From Nitriliruptorales bacterium (GTDB lineage: Bacteria; Actinomycetota; Nitriliruptoria; Euzebyales; Egibacteraceae), in NCBI GenBank assembly GCA_009379795.1, contig WHTC01000001.1, forward strand, positions 1 to 58,314: a stretch of DNA of 58,314 nucleotides. Direction: 5' to 3'. The notes beneath the pieces are model-generated. The model was not told the origin of the DNA. It made no database searches and worked only from the letters and a program-made list of their open reading frames with translations. How positions within the stretch are numbered: position 1 is the stretch's first letter; each line of letters starts with the position of its first letter. The position numbers and the translations under genes were made by a program. Shown here piece by piece: positions 9,086 to 17,831 of the stretch.

Positions 9086-10045
9086 TCAGGTCGTGAGGAC
9101 GAGCTTGCCGAAGACCTCGCCGTTGGCCATGTCCTCGTAGGCGCTCCGCGCCTCCGCCAGCGGCCGCACCGAATCGATCAGCGGGCGCACGCCGCTGGTC
9201 TCCAGCATGCGCACCAGGTCGATGAACTCGGCATGCGTGCCCATCGTCGAGCCCACGACACGCACCTGACGGAAGAACACGCGCTGCAGTTCGGCCGGGG
9301 GGTTCGGCCCGCTGGTGGATCCTGCGACCACGATCACCCCGCCCGCCTCGACCGAGCGCAGCGAGTGTCCCCAGGTGGCCTCCCCCACCGTCTCCAGCAC
9401 CGCGTCAACCCGCTCGGGCAGGCGGGCGCCCGTCTCCAGTCCCGCGTAGGCGCCCAACTCGACGGCACGGTCGGCCTTGGCCGGGTCGCGGCTGGTGGCG
9501 TACATCCGCAGCCCGGCCGCCTTGCCCAGCAGGATCGCGGCGGTGGCCACGCCCCCACCGGCGCCCTGCACCAGCACGCGCTGGCCGGGCCGCAGCCCAC
9601 CCTGCACGAACAGCATCCGGTAGGCGGTCAACCACGCGGTGGGCAGGCAGGATGCCTCCTCGAAGCTGATCGCGGCGGGCTTGTCGATCAGGTTGCGCGA
9701 AGGCACGGCGACCAGTTCGGCATGAGTGCCGTCGTAGCGTTCGGACAGGATGGTGAAGTTTCCCGGCGCCTCGGGGCCGGAGGGATCGTCGGGGACGAGC
9801 GCGTGCACGATCACCTCGCGCCCATCCTCGGTCACCCCGGCCGCGTCGCAGCCAAGCACGATCGGCAGGCGATCAGGATCGATGCCCACCCCTCGCAACG
9901 TCCAGATGTCGTGGTGGTTGAGCGAGGCGGCGCGTACGCGTACGACCTCCCAGCCTGGCTGGAGCCTCGGATCGGGGACGTCGCCGATCTCCAAGGCGAC
10001 GATCGGGTTGTCGGGTTCGGCGCGGGCGGCGGTGACGGCGAGCAT
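9086..10045 (-). CDS. zinc-type alcohol dehydrogenase / NADPH:quinone oxidoreductase (MDR superfamily)
   Basis: 319 aa, with ..VRVRAASLNHHDIW.. and the nucleotide-binding stretch ..GQRVLVQGAGGGVATAAILLGKAAG... Confidence 0.85.
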   Translation of the reverse strand: MLAVTAARAEPDNPIVALEIGDVPDPRLQPGWEVVRVRAASLNHHDIWTLRGVGIDPDRLPIVLGCDAAGVTEDGREVIVHALVPDDPSGPEAPGNFTILSERYDGTHAELVAVPSRNLIDKPAAISFEEASCLPTAWLTAYRMLFVQGGLRPGQRVLVQGAGGGVATAAILLGKAAGLRMYATSRDPAKADRAVELGAYAGLETGARLPERVDAVLETVGEATWGHSLRSVEAGGVIVVAGSTSGPNPPAELQRVFFRQVRVVGSTMGTHAEFIDLVRMLETSGVRPLIDSVRPLAEARSAYEDMANGEVFGKLVLTT

Positions 10046-10071
10046 GGCGGGGAGCCTACCCGGCCGGATGG

Positions 10072-11007
10072 CTACGTGACGGCGGCGCCCGTGGAGGCGC
10101 GGGCGAGCACGTCCGGCTCGATGTACATCACCCGGGCCGCGGGCACCTGGGCGCGGACCCGTTCCTCGGCCGCGTTGATGGTCGCGGCGACCTCGGGGAA
10201 GCTGAGCGAGGGGTCCAGCGCCAGCTTGGCCGCGACCAGCAGTTCCTCGGGCCCCAGATGCTGGGTCTTGAGATGGATCAACTGCCGCACCCCGGGCGTG
10301 GACCGCATCGCTGCGCGGATCGCGGCCACGTCGGCCTCCGACGCGCCCTCGCCGATCAGCAGGCTCTTCATCTCGATGCTGAGCAGGGTGGCGATGACGC
10401 CGAGCAGGATGCCGATGGCCACGGTCGCCGCCGCGTCCCAGACCGGGTCGCCGGTGAGCAGCGACAGGCCGACGCCGCCGAGGGCGAGGAACAGGCCGAC
10501 CTCGGCGCCGACGTCCTCGAGCAGCACCACCGGCAGTTCCGGGTTCTTGGAACGGCGGACGAAGGTCGACCAGGAAGCCTCGCCCCGCTCGGCGTTCGCC
10601 TCCCGCACCGCCACGCGCAGCGACAGGCTCTCGATGACGATCGCCACGACCAGGATGCCCACGGCGATCCCCGGGGAGGTCACCTCATGGGCCTCCCGCA
10701 GCTTCTGGAGCCCTTCGTACAGCGCGAACAACGAGCCCAGGGCGAACAGCACCACCGTGACGACGAACGCCCAGAAGTAGCGCTCGCGGCCGTAGCCGAA
10801 GGGATGCTCGCGGGTGGCGCGCTGCCGGGCGCGCGCGCCACCGAGCAGCAGCAGCGCCTGGTTCGCGCTGTCGGCCACCGAATGCACCGACTCGGCCAGC
10901 ATCGAACTGGACCGCGTGAGCAGGAACCCCACGAACTTCGCGATCGCGATGCCGAGGTTGGCGACAAGGGCCGCGAGCACCGCCTTCCTGGATCCACCAC
11001 CCGCCAT
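10072..11007 (-). CDS. cation diffusion facilitator (CDF) family metal efflux transporter
   Basis: The internal ATG at 11007 gives MAGGGSRKAVLAALVANLGIAIAKFVGFLLTRSSSMLAESVHSVADSANQ.., a typical CDF TM1-TM2 with the HSxxD motif. The C-terminal cytoplasmic domain is present. Confidence 0.85.
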   Translation of the reverse strand: MAGGGSRKAVLAALVANLGIAIAKFVGFLLTRSSSMLAESVHSVADSANQALLLLGGARARQRATREHPFGYGRERYFWAFVVTVVLFALGSLFALYEGLQKLREAHEVTSPGIAVGILVVAIVIESLSLRVAVREANAERGEASWSTFVRRSKNPELPVVLLEDVGAEVGLFLALGGVGLSLLTGDPVWDAAATVAIGILLGVIATLLSIEMKSLLIGEGASEADVAAIRAAMRSTPGVRQLIHLKTQHLGPEELLVAAKLALDPSLSFPEVAATINAAEERVRAQVPAARVMYIEPDVLARASTGAAVT

Positions 11008-11161
11008 CCCCGAAGCGTAGCCGCTGGCGAGCGCAACACTCGGAAACGAGGCTGGAGAAAGAGGAACGGCGCCCCGCATCACAAGGTGGAGCACCGGAAA
11101 TAGGCACATCGACGTTGGGCCGCCATCCGAAACGCCGGCACGTGACGCCAGCGTCCCGCGG

Positions 11162-12619
11162 TCAGCCGGCGTCGGGTTCCCCGGCACGCGCGGTAGCGCG
11201 GATGCACTCCCACGCCGCCTCGACGTGTTCCCGGCGCGTGGCCAGCGCACCGATCGACAGCCGCAACGTGAAACGCCCATCCAGCACGGTGTGCGTGAGA
11301 TACAGCTCGCCGGAGGCGTTCAGGGTCTCCAGCAGGCGGCGGTTGGCCTTCTCCGGGTCACGCGCGGAGCGGTAGCGGAAGCAGACCAGGTTCAGCGGTG
11401 CCGGGGCCGCCAGTTCGAAATCGGGGTCGGCCTCGATCCAGCTCGCCAGCTCCCGGGTCAGCGCGACGTGCTCGCGCACGTGGTGGCGCAACCCTTCCGC
11501 ACCGTAGTGGCGAAGCACGAACCACAGCTTGAGCGCCCGGAAACGGCGACCGAGCGGCACGTGCCAGTCGCGGTAATCGATGACCGAACCGGTCTCGGTG
11601 GCCTGGTTGCGCAGGTACTCGGGCAGGATCGACAGGGCCCGCACCAGCGCACCACGGTCGGCGACGTAGAACACGTCGCAGTCGAAATTGACGAACAACC
11701 ACTTGTGCGGATTGGTGCAGTAGCTGTCGGCGAGTTCCAGCCCGTCGTGGATCCAGCGCAGCTCCGCGCAGACGGCGGCGGTGCCACTCATCGCCGCGTC
11801 GACGTGGAACCACACCCCGAGGTCACGAGCCACCTCGCCGATCAGGGGCAGCGGGTCGATCACGTTGGACGAGGTCGTGCCCACGGTGCCCACCACCATG
11901 CAGGGGGTCACGCCCGCAGCCAGGTCAGCATCGACCAGTTGCCGCAACGCGACCGGGTCCATGCCGTGACCGGCATCGGTCGGCACCGTCCGGAGCAGGT
12001 CAGTGCCCAACCCGGCAATGCGGACCGCCTTCTCCACCGAACTGTGCGCCTGGTCGGTCGCATAGACGGCCAGCGGCCGGTCCACCCCTCGAGCCGTCGC
12101 CGCTCCGGCGGTGGCGCGCTCGCGGGCGGCCAGCAGCGCGCACAGCGTGGCGCTCGACGCCGAGTCCTGGATCACCCCGCCGCCCTCACCGGTGGACAGG
12201 AACGGGGCCGGCAAGCCGAGCAGTTCCACCATCCAGTCCAGGACATGCGTCTCCAGCTCGGTGCAGGCAGGGCTGGTGGCCCACAGCATCCCCTGCACCC
12301 CAAGCCCGGCGGACAGCAGTTCGCCGAGGATCGACGGCCCGGAGGCGTTAGCCGGGAAGTAGCCAAAGAAGCTGGGCGACTGCCAGTGGGTGATGCCGGG
12401 CATCACCAGGCGGTCCACATCGCCGAGGATGCGCTCGAACGGCTCGCCCTGCTCGGGCGGAGACGCGGGCAGCTGAGCCCGGAGCGTACCAGGGTCCACC
12501 TGCGACAGGACCGGGAACTCCTCCACCCGCTCCATGTAGTCCGCGATCCAGTCCACCACCGCGCGGCCGTGACGCCGGAACGCAGCGGGCGTCATGTGAT
12601 GGCCGTACCGCTCCTCCAT
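11162..12619 (-). CDS. pyridoxal-dependent group II decarboxylase, aromatic-L-amino-acid decarboxylase-like
   Basis: ..MPGITHWQSPSFFGYFPANASGPSILGELL.. is the DDC-type signature, and a ..NPHKW.. PLP-lysine region is present. ATG at 12619 is preceded by a GGGGGAG SD. Confidence 0.85.
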   Translation of the reverse strand: MEERYGHHMTPAAFRRHGRAVVDWIADYMERVEEFPVLSQVDPGTLRAQLPASPPEQGEPFERILGDVDRLVMPGITHWQSPSFFGYFPANASGPSILGELLSAGLGVQGMLWATSPACTELETHVLDWMVELLGLPAPFLSTGEGGGVIQDSASSATLCALLAARERATAGAATARGVDRPLAVYATDQAHSSVEKAVRIAGLGTDLLRTVPTDAGHGMDPVALRQLVDADLAAGVTPCMVVGTVGTTSSNVIDPLPLIGEVARDLGVWFHVDAAMSGTAAVCAELRWIHDGLELADSYCTNPHKWLFVNFDCDVFYVADRGALVRALSILPEYLRNQATETGSVIDYRDWHVPLGRRFRALKLWFVLRHYGAEGLRHHVREHVALTRELASWIEADPDFELAAPAPLNLVCFRYRSARDPEKANRRLLETLNASGELYLTHTVLDGRFTLRLSIGALATRREHVEAAWECIRATARAGEPDAG

Positions 12620-12719
12620 CGCTCCCCCATCCCGACCGCTGCAGGCCCAGACTAGAGGCCCGCGATTCTGGGGCAGGAGCCGCGCCTCCTGTACGCGGGG
12701 CGGCGAGGAGGCATCAACG

Positions 12720-13159
12720 GTGAAGTTCTGGAGGGCCCTGCGCCGGCGCTGCCCGCGCTGCGGCAGCCGCGACATCTGGCTGCGATGGGGCCAGTTGCGC
12801 ACCCGCTGCCTCGGCTGCGGCTACCCGTTCGAGCACGAGGAGGGGTACTGGGTCGGCGCCATGATCGTCAACCTCGGCATGGCCGAGGGCCTGTTCGCCA
12901 TGGTCCTGCTCGGCGGGATCGCGCTGACGTGGCCCCGGGTGGCCTGGACGCACCCGCTGATCGCCTCCGGGTGCTGATGGTCGGGGTTGCCGGTCTGGTT
13001 CTACCCTCCAAGACCCTGTGGATCTGGCTCGACCTTGCGGTCCACCCGTACTCCTCCGAAGAGAGCGCGACCGGACGGGCTCATAACGGGGCCAGGGTGA
13101 ACCGGACCCAGGGGTACGTCATACTGACTTCCTTGCCATCAGGAGATCACGCCACGTGA
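12720..13159 (+). pseudogene. DUF983-like small membrane protein split by a frameshift (or an assembly indel)
   Basis: Frame 0 (12720..12977) encodes ..RRRCPRCGSRDIW..CLGCGYPFEHEEGYWVGAMIVNLG.. and stops at 12975-12977. The expected continuation VLMVGVAGLVLPSKTLWIWLDLAV.. is in the -1 frame and runs to a TGA at 13157-13159, which overlaps the next gene's GTG. Adding one G to the GGG run at about 12969-12971 restores one ORF. Confidence 0.6.
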
Positions 13160-14499
13160 CCGCTGACTTCCCGTTGCTTGCCCAGGCCCCGCCCACCGAC
13201 AGCAACCTCGGCCTGCAGGCTGCGCTGGTCGGCCTGCTGATCGTGCTCAACGCCGCCTTCGCCGGCAGCGAGATCGCCCTGGTCTCGCTGCGGGAGGGCC
13301 AGATCAAGCGCCTGGAGCAGCGTGGCGGCGCCGGTCGGGCGTTGAGCAGACTGGCCCAGGACCCCAACCGGTTCCTGTCGACCATCCAGATCGGCATCAC
13401 CCTCGCCGGGTTCCTGGCGTCGGCGGCAGCCACCGTGGCCTTCGCCCAACTGCTGGTCGAGCCGCTGTCGCCGCTGGGCCGAGCCGCCTGGCCGACCGCG
13501 ATCGTCATCGTCACGGTCATCCTGACGTTCCTGATGCTGGTGTTCGGCGAGTTGGCCCCCAAGCGCATCGCCCTGCAGCGGACAGAAGGGTGGGGGCTGG
13601 TGGCCGCGCGGCCGCTGGCGCTCATCGCCGCGCTGGCCGCGCCGGTGGTCTGGGTGCTCACCAGGTCGACCGACCTGACCGTGCGATTGTTCGGCGGCGA
13701 CCCGGCCCGGGCACGGGAGGAGATGAGCGAGGGGGAGGTCCGCGACCTGGTGGCCTCGCGGCCCCAATTCACCAGCGAGCAGCGCGAGATCATCTCCGGC
13801 GCCTTCGAGATCGCCGAGCGCACCCTGCGCGAGATCGTGGTCCCGCGGCCCAAGGTGGTCGGCCTGCCCGCAGACCAACCGGCGGGCGAGGCGAGCGCGG
13901 CGCTGGTGGCCGCCGGCCACTCCCGCGCCCCCGTCTACCGGGGAGATCTGGACGACGTGCTGGGGGTGGTGCACCTGCGGGAACTGATCGGCGCGCACCG
14001 GCCCGTGGGCGAGTTCGCCCGGCCGGCCACGGCGCTGCCCGAGAGCCTCGGCGTGCTCGCCGCACTGCGCCGCCTCCGGGCCGAGCGCGACCACCTGGCC
14101 CTGGTGATCAACGAGCACGGCGGGGTCGAGGGCATCGTCACGCTTGAGGATCTGCTCGAGGAGATCGTCGGCGAGATCTATGACGAGTTCGACCAGCACC
14201 TGGACCCGTCCGACGTGCGTGGAGTGCAGCGTCGGGAGGACGGATCCTTCATCATCCCGGGGTCGTTCCCCATTCACGACCTGGACGATCTGGGCATCGC
14301 CCTGCCCGAGGGGGACTACGCCACGATTGCCGGGCTGGTCCTGGAGGGCCTGGGCCGGCTGCCGGCCCCGGGCACCGTCCTCGAGATCCCCGGGTGGCGC
14401 ATCCAGATCCTGTCGCGCAGCGGCAACGCGATTGGCAACCTCCTGCTGCGGCCTCAGGGAGGGGCTGCGGAGGCCGCCGAACCGGCGGGGGATGGCTAG
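13156..14499 (+). CDS. CNNM/DUF21 - CBS pair - CorC/HlyC domain membrane protein (hemolysin-family / putative Mg/Co efflux)
   Basis: N-terminal TM domain with ..LNAAFAGSEIALVSL.. and ..FGELAPKRIAL... CBS-like middle region, then C-terminal ..VEGIVTLEDLLEEIVGEI.DE... Confidence 0.9.
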   Translation: MTADFPLLAQAPPTDSNLGLQAALVGLLIVLNAAFAGSEIALVSLREGQIKRLEQRGGAGRALSRLAQDPNRFLSTIQIGITLAGFLASAAATVAFAQLLVEPLSPLGRAAWPTAIVIVTVILTFLMLVFGELAPKRIALQRTEGWGLVAARPLALIAALAAPVVWVLTRSTDLTVRLFGGDPARAREEMSEGEVRDLVASRPQFTSEQREIISGAFEIAERTLREIVVPRPKVVGLPADQPAGEASAALVAAGHSRAPVYRGDLDDVLGVVHLRELIGAHRPVGEFARPATALPESLGVLAALRRLRAERDHLALVINEHGGVEGIVTLEDLLEEIVGEIYDEFDQHLDPSDVRGVQRREDGSFIIPGSFPIHDLDDLGIALPEGDYATIAGLVLEGLGRLPAPGTVLEIPGWRIQILSRSGNAIGNLLLRPQGGAAEAAEPAGDG

Positions 14500-15632
14500 C
14501 CTGCAGCGCTCCTGAGCGCGTCGACCACGTAGTCGAGAGCGGCGGTGAGCCGCTCGACGTCGCCCGCCTCAACCGCCGGAAACACCGCGATACGCAGCTG
14601 GTTTCGGCCGAGCTTGCGGTAGGCGTCGATGTCGACGACGCCGTTGGCGCGCAGCACCTTGACCACCTCGTCGGCACGGACCGACTCGTCCAGATCGATG
14701 GTGCAGACCACGTTGCTGCGCTGCGCCGGGTCGGCGACGAACGGCGAGGCCCAGTCGCGGGACGCGGCCCAGTCGTAGAGGTGCCCGGCCTTGGCCGCGC
14801 AGTCCTTGGCGGCCCAGGCGAGCCCACCGTGGGCGTTCATCCAGTCGACCTGCTCCGCCATCAGGTAGAGCGTGGCGACCGCGGGGGTGTTGTAGGTCTG
14901 GTCCTTGCGACTGTTCTCCAGCGCCAGGCGGATATCCAGCATCGTGGGAATGTGGCGCCCGGATGCGGCAATCTCGTCGAGCCGCCTCATCGACGCCGGC
15001 GAGAGCAGGGCGATCCACAGCCCGCCATCGCTGGCGAAGGCCTTCTGCGGGGCGAAGTAGTAGGCATCGCAGTCGGCCGGATCGAAGGTCAGGGCCCCCG
15101 CGGCGCTGGTGGCGTCCACCGCGACCAGGCCCTGCTCTGCGCTGATGCCGTCCGGCCGCGTGACCGGCATGACCACCCCAGTGGACGTCTCGTTGTGGGT
15201 GAGCGCGTACAGGTCGGCGGTGGGATCGGCGTGCAGGTCCGGGTGTGTGCCGAACGGCGACTCGGTGACCAGCGGGTCAGCCAGGAATGGCGCGGCGCGC
15301 GTGACGGCGGCGAACTTGCTGCTGAACTCGCCGAAGACCGCGTGGGCGCTGCGCTCGCGGATCAGGCCGAAGGCGGCGGCGTCCCAGAACAGCGTGGCGC
15401 CGCCGTTGCCGAGCGCGACCTCGTAGCCCTCCGGCAACCCGAAGAACACCCGCAGGCCCTCACGCAGCCGCCCCACCTGCGCCTTGACGGGCGCCTGGCG
15501 ATGGCTGGTGCCCAGCAGCCCGGGGGCGACGCGAGCAAGCGATTCGACGGCCTCCTGGCGGACCTTGGACGGTCCGGAGCCGAAGCGGCCGTCGACAGGG
15601 CGGATCTGATCGGGAAGGACGATGTCGAGCAT
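14496..15632 (-). CDS. serC: phosphoserine aminotransferase (actinobacterial type)
   Basis: The internal ATG at 15632 gives MLDIVLPDQIRPVDGRFGSGPSKVRQEAV..GTSHRQAPVK.. with a GAGGA SD upstream. This N-terminus is typical of mycobacterial-type SerC. Confidence 0.9.
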   Translation of the reverse strand: MLDIVLPDQIRPVDGRFGSGPSKVRQEAVESLARVAPGLLGTSHRQAPVKAQVGRLREGLRVFFGLPEGYEVALGNGGATLFWDAAAFGLIRERSAHAVFGEFSSKFAAVTRAAPFLADPLVTESPFGTHPDLHADPTADLYALTHNETSTGVVMPVTRPDGISAEQGLVAVDATSAAGALTFDPADCDAYYFAPQKAFASDGGLWIALLSPASMRRLDEIAASGRHIPTMLDIRLALENSRKDQTYNTPAVATLYLMAEQVDWMNAHGGLAWAAKDCAAKAGHLYDWAASRDWASPFVADPAQRSNVVCTIDLDESVRADEVVKVLRANGVVDIDAYRKLGRNQLRIAVFPAVEAGDVERLTAALDYVVDALRSAAG

Positions 15633-15776
15633 GGGATCCTCGGGAGACGGAATCGATACCTGGCAAGGGTGCCGCATCGCGGTGGCGCCGGCCAACCGCA
15701 GAGCAGGCCGTTTGTGGAGAACCGCCTGGGCGGGGCGCTACCAGGTGATCGATGCCATCGCCTGGCGCCGCACTGG

Positions 15777-17123
15777 TCACGGCTTCCTGGCGGCGGGCGA
15801 GCTGGGAGCCGGGCGGGGGTGCCAGCGATCCGCGGTCAGCGCGGCGAACATGCCGGCGGCCGGCAGCGCAGCCACGGCCACCAGAGCCACAGGAAGGCCG
15901 AGCATCGTCGCCAGACCGCCGGTAGCCGCTGTGCCGACCGCCCCACCGGTGAAGAACACCAGGTTGAACACGCCCAGAGCCACGCCGCGCACCGACGGGT
16001 CGACAAGCGTCGACACCGCATCGACCAGGCAGACCTGCCCGCCCGCGAACCCGGCCGCCGCCAGACCCATGCCCAGCATCAGCAGCACCGGGTTGGGCTG
16101 GCCCGCGGCCACAAGCAGCACCCCGGCCGTGCTGCCGGCGGCCAGCAGGGCGACCAGCCGGTAGCGGTTCTCCCCTGGGGGGTGAGCACCGATGATGCGG
16201 GACGTGAACGCGCCCAGCATGGCCGCGGGGAGCAACGCCAGGCCGATCAGCAGCGGCGGCCAGCCCTGGCTTGCGCTCAGCATCTGTGGAATCGCGAGCA
16301 GCAGCCCCAGATAGGCGGCCAGGAGGGTCAGGCCAGCCATGCACGTCAGCCCGTACACCCGGTTACCGGCCAGTTCCAGGGGCAGGAAGCCGTGGGGGTG
16401 GCGGGGCACGTGGCGCGCGAGCAGGAATCCGGCACCCGCCGCCAGCGCGCTGGCGGCGGCCAGGACAGCCGCTCCCGTCCCCGTGGCGGGCGACTGCAGG
16501 ACCAGGACCACCCCGAGGGTGAGCGCCGCCACCATGGCGGCCCCGCGGACATCGATGCGGCCACGGGCGGCCGGTGTGGCCGGAGCGAGGCGGGCGACCG
16601 GCTCCATGATCAGCAGCGTGATCACCGGCAGCGCCAGGACCGCCCGCCAGCTGACGACCTGGGCGATGATGCCGCCGATCAGCGGTCCTGAGCCGCTGAC
16701 CAGGGCGACGATGACCGTCAGCCCGCTGAGCACCCGCACCCGCTGGTCCTCGCCGAAGCGAGCGGCGACCACACCGAGCGCCAGGACCGGTACCGCCCCG
16801 GCGCCCACCCCCTGCAGCATCCGCCCGGCGATGAGCACCTCGAAGCCCGGCGCCAGCGCGGCCAGCGCCGACCCCGCGCTGAATAGCACCAGGCCGATCC
16901 GCAGCGGCAACCGCAGCCCCAGCAGGTCGGCGAGGCGGCCGAACAGCGCGGTGCTGATCGAGAAGGTCAGCGAGAAGACCGTCAGGATCCAGGCCCGTCC
17001 GGCAAGGTCAAGGTCGAGTTCCTCGCCCACGGCGGGCAGCGCGACGGCGACGGCCGACGAACCGATGATCGCCAGGGCGATGAGGGTGCCGAGCAGACCG
17101 GCGACGCGCGCGACCGACGGCAT
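15777..17123 (-). CDS. MFS transporter (drug:H+ antiporter-like)
   Basis: Many TM helices with ..FGRLADLLGLRLPLRIG.. (MFS motif A-like). Start placed at MPSVARVAGLLG (17123). The longer ORF to 17240 adds a non-hydrophobic extension, so the start is uncertain. Confidence 0.8.
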   Translation of the reverse strand: MPSVARVAGLLGTLIALAIIGSSAVAVALPAVGEELDLDLAGRAWILTVFSLTFSISTALFGRLADLLGLRLPLRIGLVLFSAGSALAALAPGFEVLIAGRMLQGVGAGAVPVLALGVVAARFGEDQRVRVLSGLTVIVALVSGSGPLIGGIIAQVVSWRAVLALPVITLLIMEPVARLAPATPAARGRIDVRGAAMVAALTLGVVLVLQSPATGTGAAVLAAASALAAGAGFLLARHVPRHPHGFLPLELAGNRVYGLTCMAGLTLLAAYLGLLLAIPQMLSASQGWPPLLIGLALLPAAMLGAFTSRIIGAHPPGENRYRLVALLAAGSTAGVLLVAAGQPNPVLLMLGMGLAAAGFAGGQVCLVDAVSTLVDPSVRGVALGVFNLVFFTGGAVGTAATGGLATMLGLPVALVAVAALPAAGMFAALTADRWHPRPAPSSPAARKP

Positions 17124-17336
17124 CCCAGAGGGGGTTGACAGGGACACGAACGGCCACGCTACCCCTCGGCAGGGCAGCGGGCCGAACTCGGGCGCGCGGG
17201 CGATCCGCGCACCGGGACGAGATGCGCCGGGGTTCTCCATCGGCCATGCCCATCCCCGAACCCAGGTTCATGGTTTCGGCCGCGGTGAGGGCTCGAAGCT
17301 GTGGAAAGCCGTGGCCGCGTGGGCCGCATTGTCGAC

Positions 17337-17516
17337 GGCCAGGTGTGGATCCGCGCGCCCACGCCGGTCGGCTTCACGTGAAGGTGAAGCGACGTGTGCT
17401 GACCGGTGAGGTTCACGTGTAGGCGACCGGCGACGCTGTGTGAAGCCGATCAGGCGCCACATGACCGGTCAAGTCCACGTCAAGGTGAACGGCGGGGGCA
17501 GGGGCCGGTGTCCGGA
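17337..17516 (-). repeat. structured intergenic repeat element, copy B (inverted relative to copy A)
   Basis: Its reverse complement aligns with 5412-5588. Perfect palindromes CTTCACGTGAAG (17372-17383) and TGACCGGTCA (17462-17471), plus TGACCGGTGA (17400-17409). The 62-bp period is the same as in copy A. Confidence 0.8.
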
Positions 17517-17561
17517 GCGACTGAACCCGGGGCGGTCGGCGCGCCACCCGTGTCAGGTGCG

Positions 17562-17830
17562 TCAGGCGGGCGCGGTGTGCACCCGCATGTCCGCGGCGAA
17601 CATGCGCTCGGGCTCGATCGCGTAGTAGGGGGAGTCGCCGCCCCAGTCCTCCTACCCCCCGCCGTAGTGGTCGACGAGCACGTGCGGAAGCCGGCGTCGT
17701 CGCCGTCCAGGCTCAGGAGGCGGGCGCGGCCGTGGACGGACACGACGAGCGCCTCCCCTCGGACGTGGGTCGCCGATACCGCGGGGGAGCGGGCGCGGAG
17801 GATCGTCGCTGCTCGGCCGTACATTGGAGG
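17562..17830 (-). pseudogene. remnant of a PPOX-like (FMN-binding split-barrel) gene: 5'-truncated, frameshifted, with an in-frame TAG
   Basis: The minus strand reads ..EALVVSVHGRARLLSLDGDDAG, then a frame change, then LPHVLVDHYGGG, a TAG stop (17652-17654), then EDWGGDSPYYAIEPERMFAADMRVHTAPA and a stop at 17562-17564. This resembles the C-terminal half of pyridoxamine-5'-phosphate-oxidase-family proteins. The family call is from memory only. Confidence 0.35.
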
Positions 17831-17831
17831 C

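Noticed and set aside
11008-11161. A metal-sensing (czcD/NiCo-type) riboswitch in the 154-nt leader of the CDF transporter gene.
   Set aside because: I could not identify the conserved junction nucleotides or a four-way junction fold. The only notable string is CACGTGACGC, a partial match to the repeat-element core. That is insufficient to call.
5412-17516. The two inverted repeat copies might be the ends of a composite transposon or genomic island carrying the 11.7-kb glgC-to-MFS segment.
   Set aside because: There is no transposase, integrase or tRNA. The enclosed genes (glgC, glgA, serC and others) are core metabolism with native GC. The repeats lack clear terminal inverted repeats or target-site duplications. 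I treat them as a dispersed structured repeat instead.
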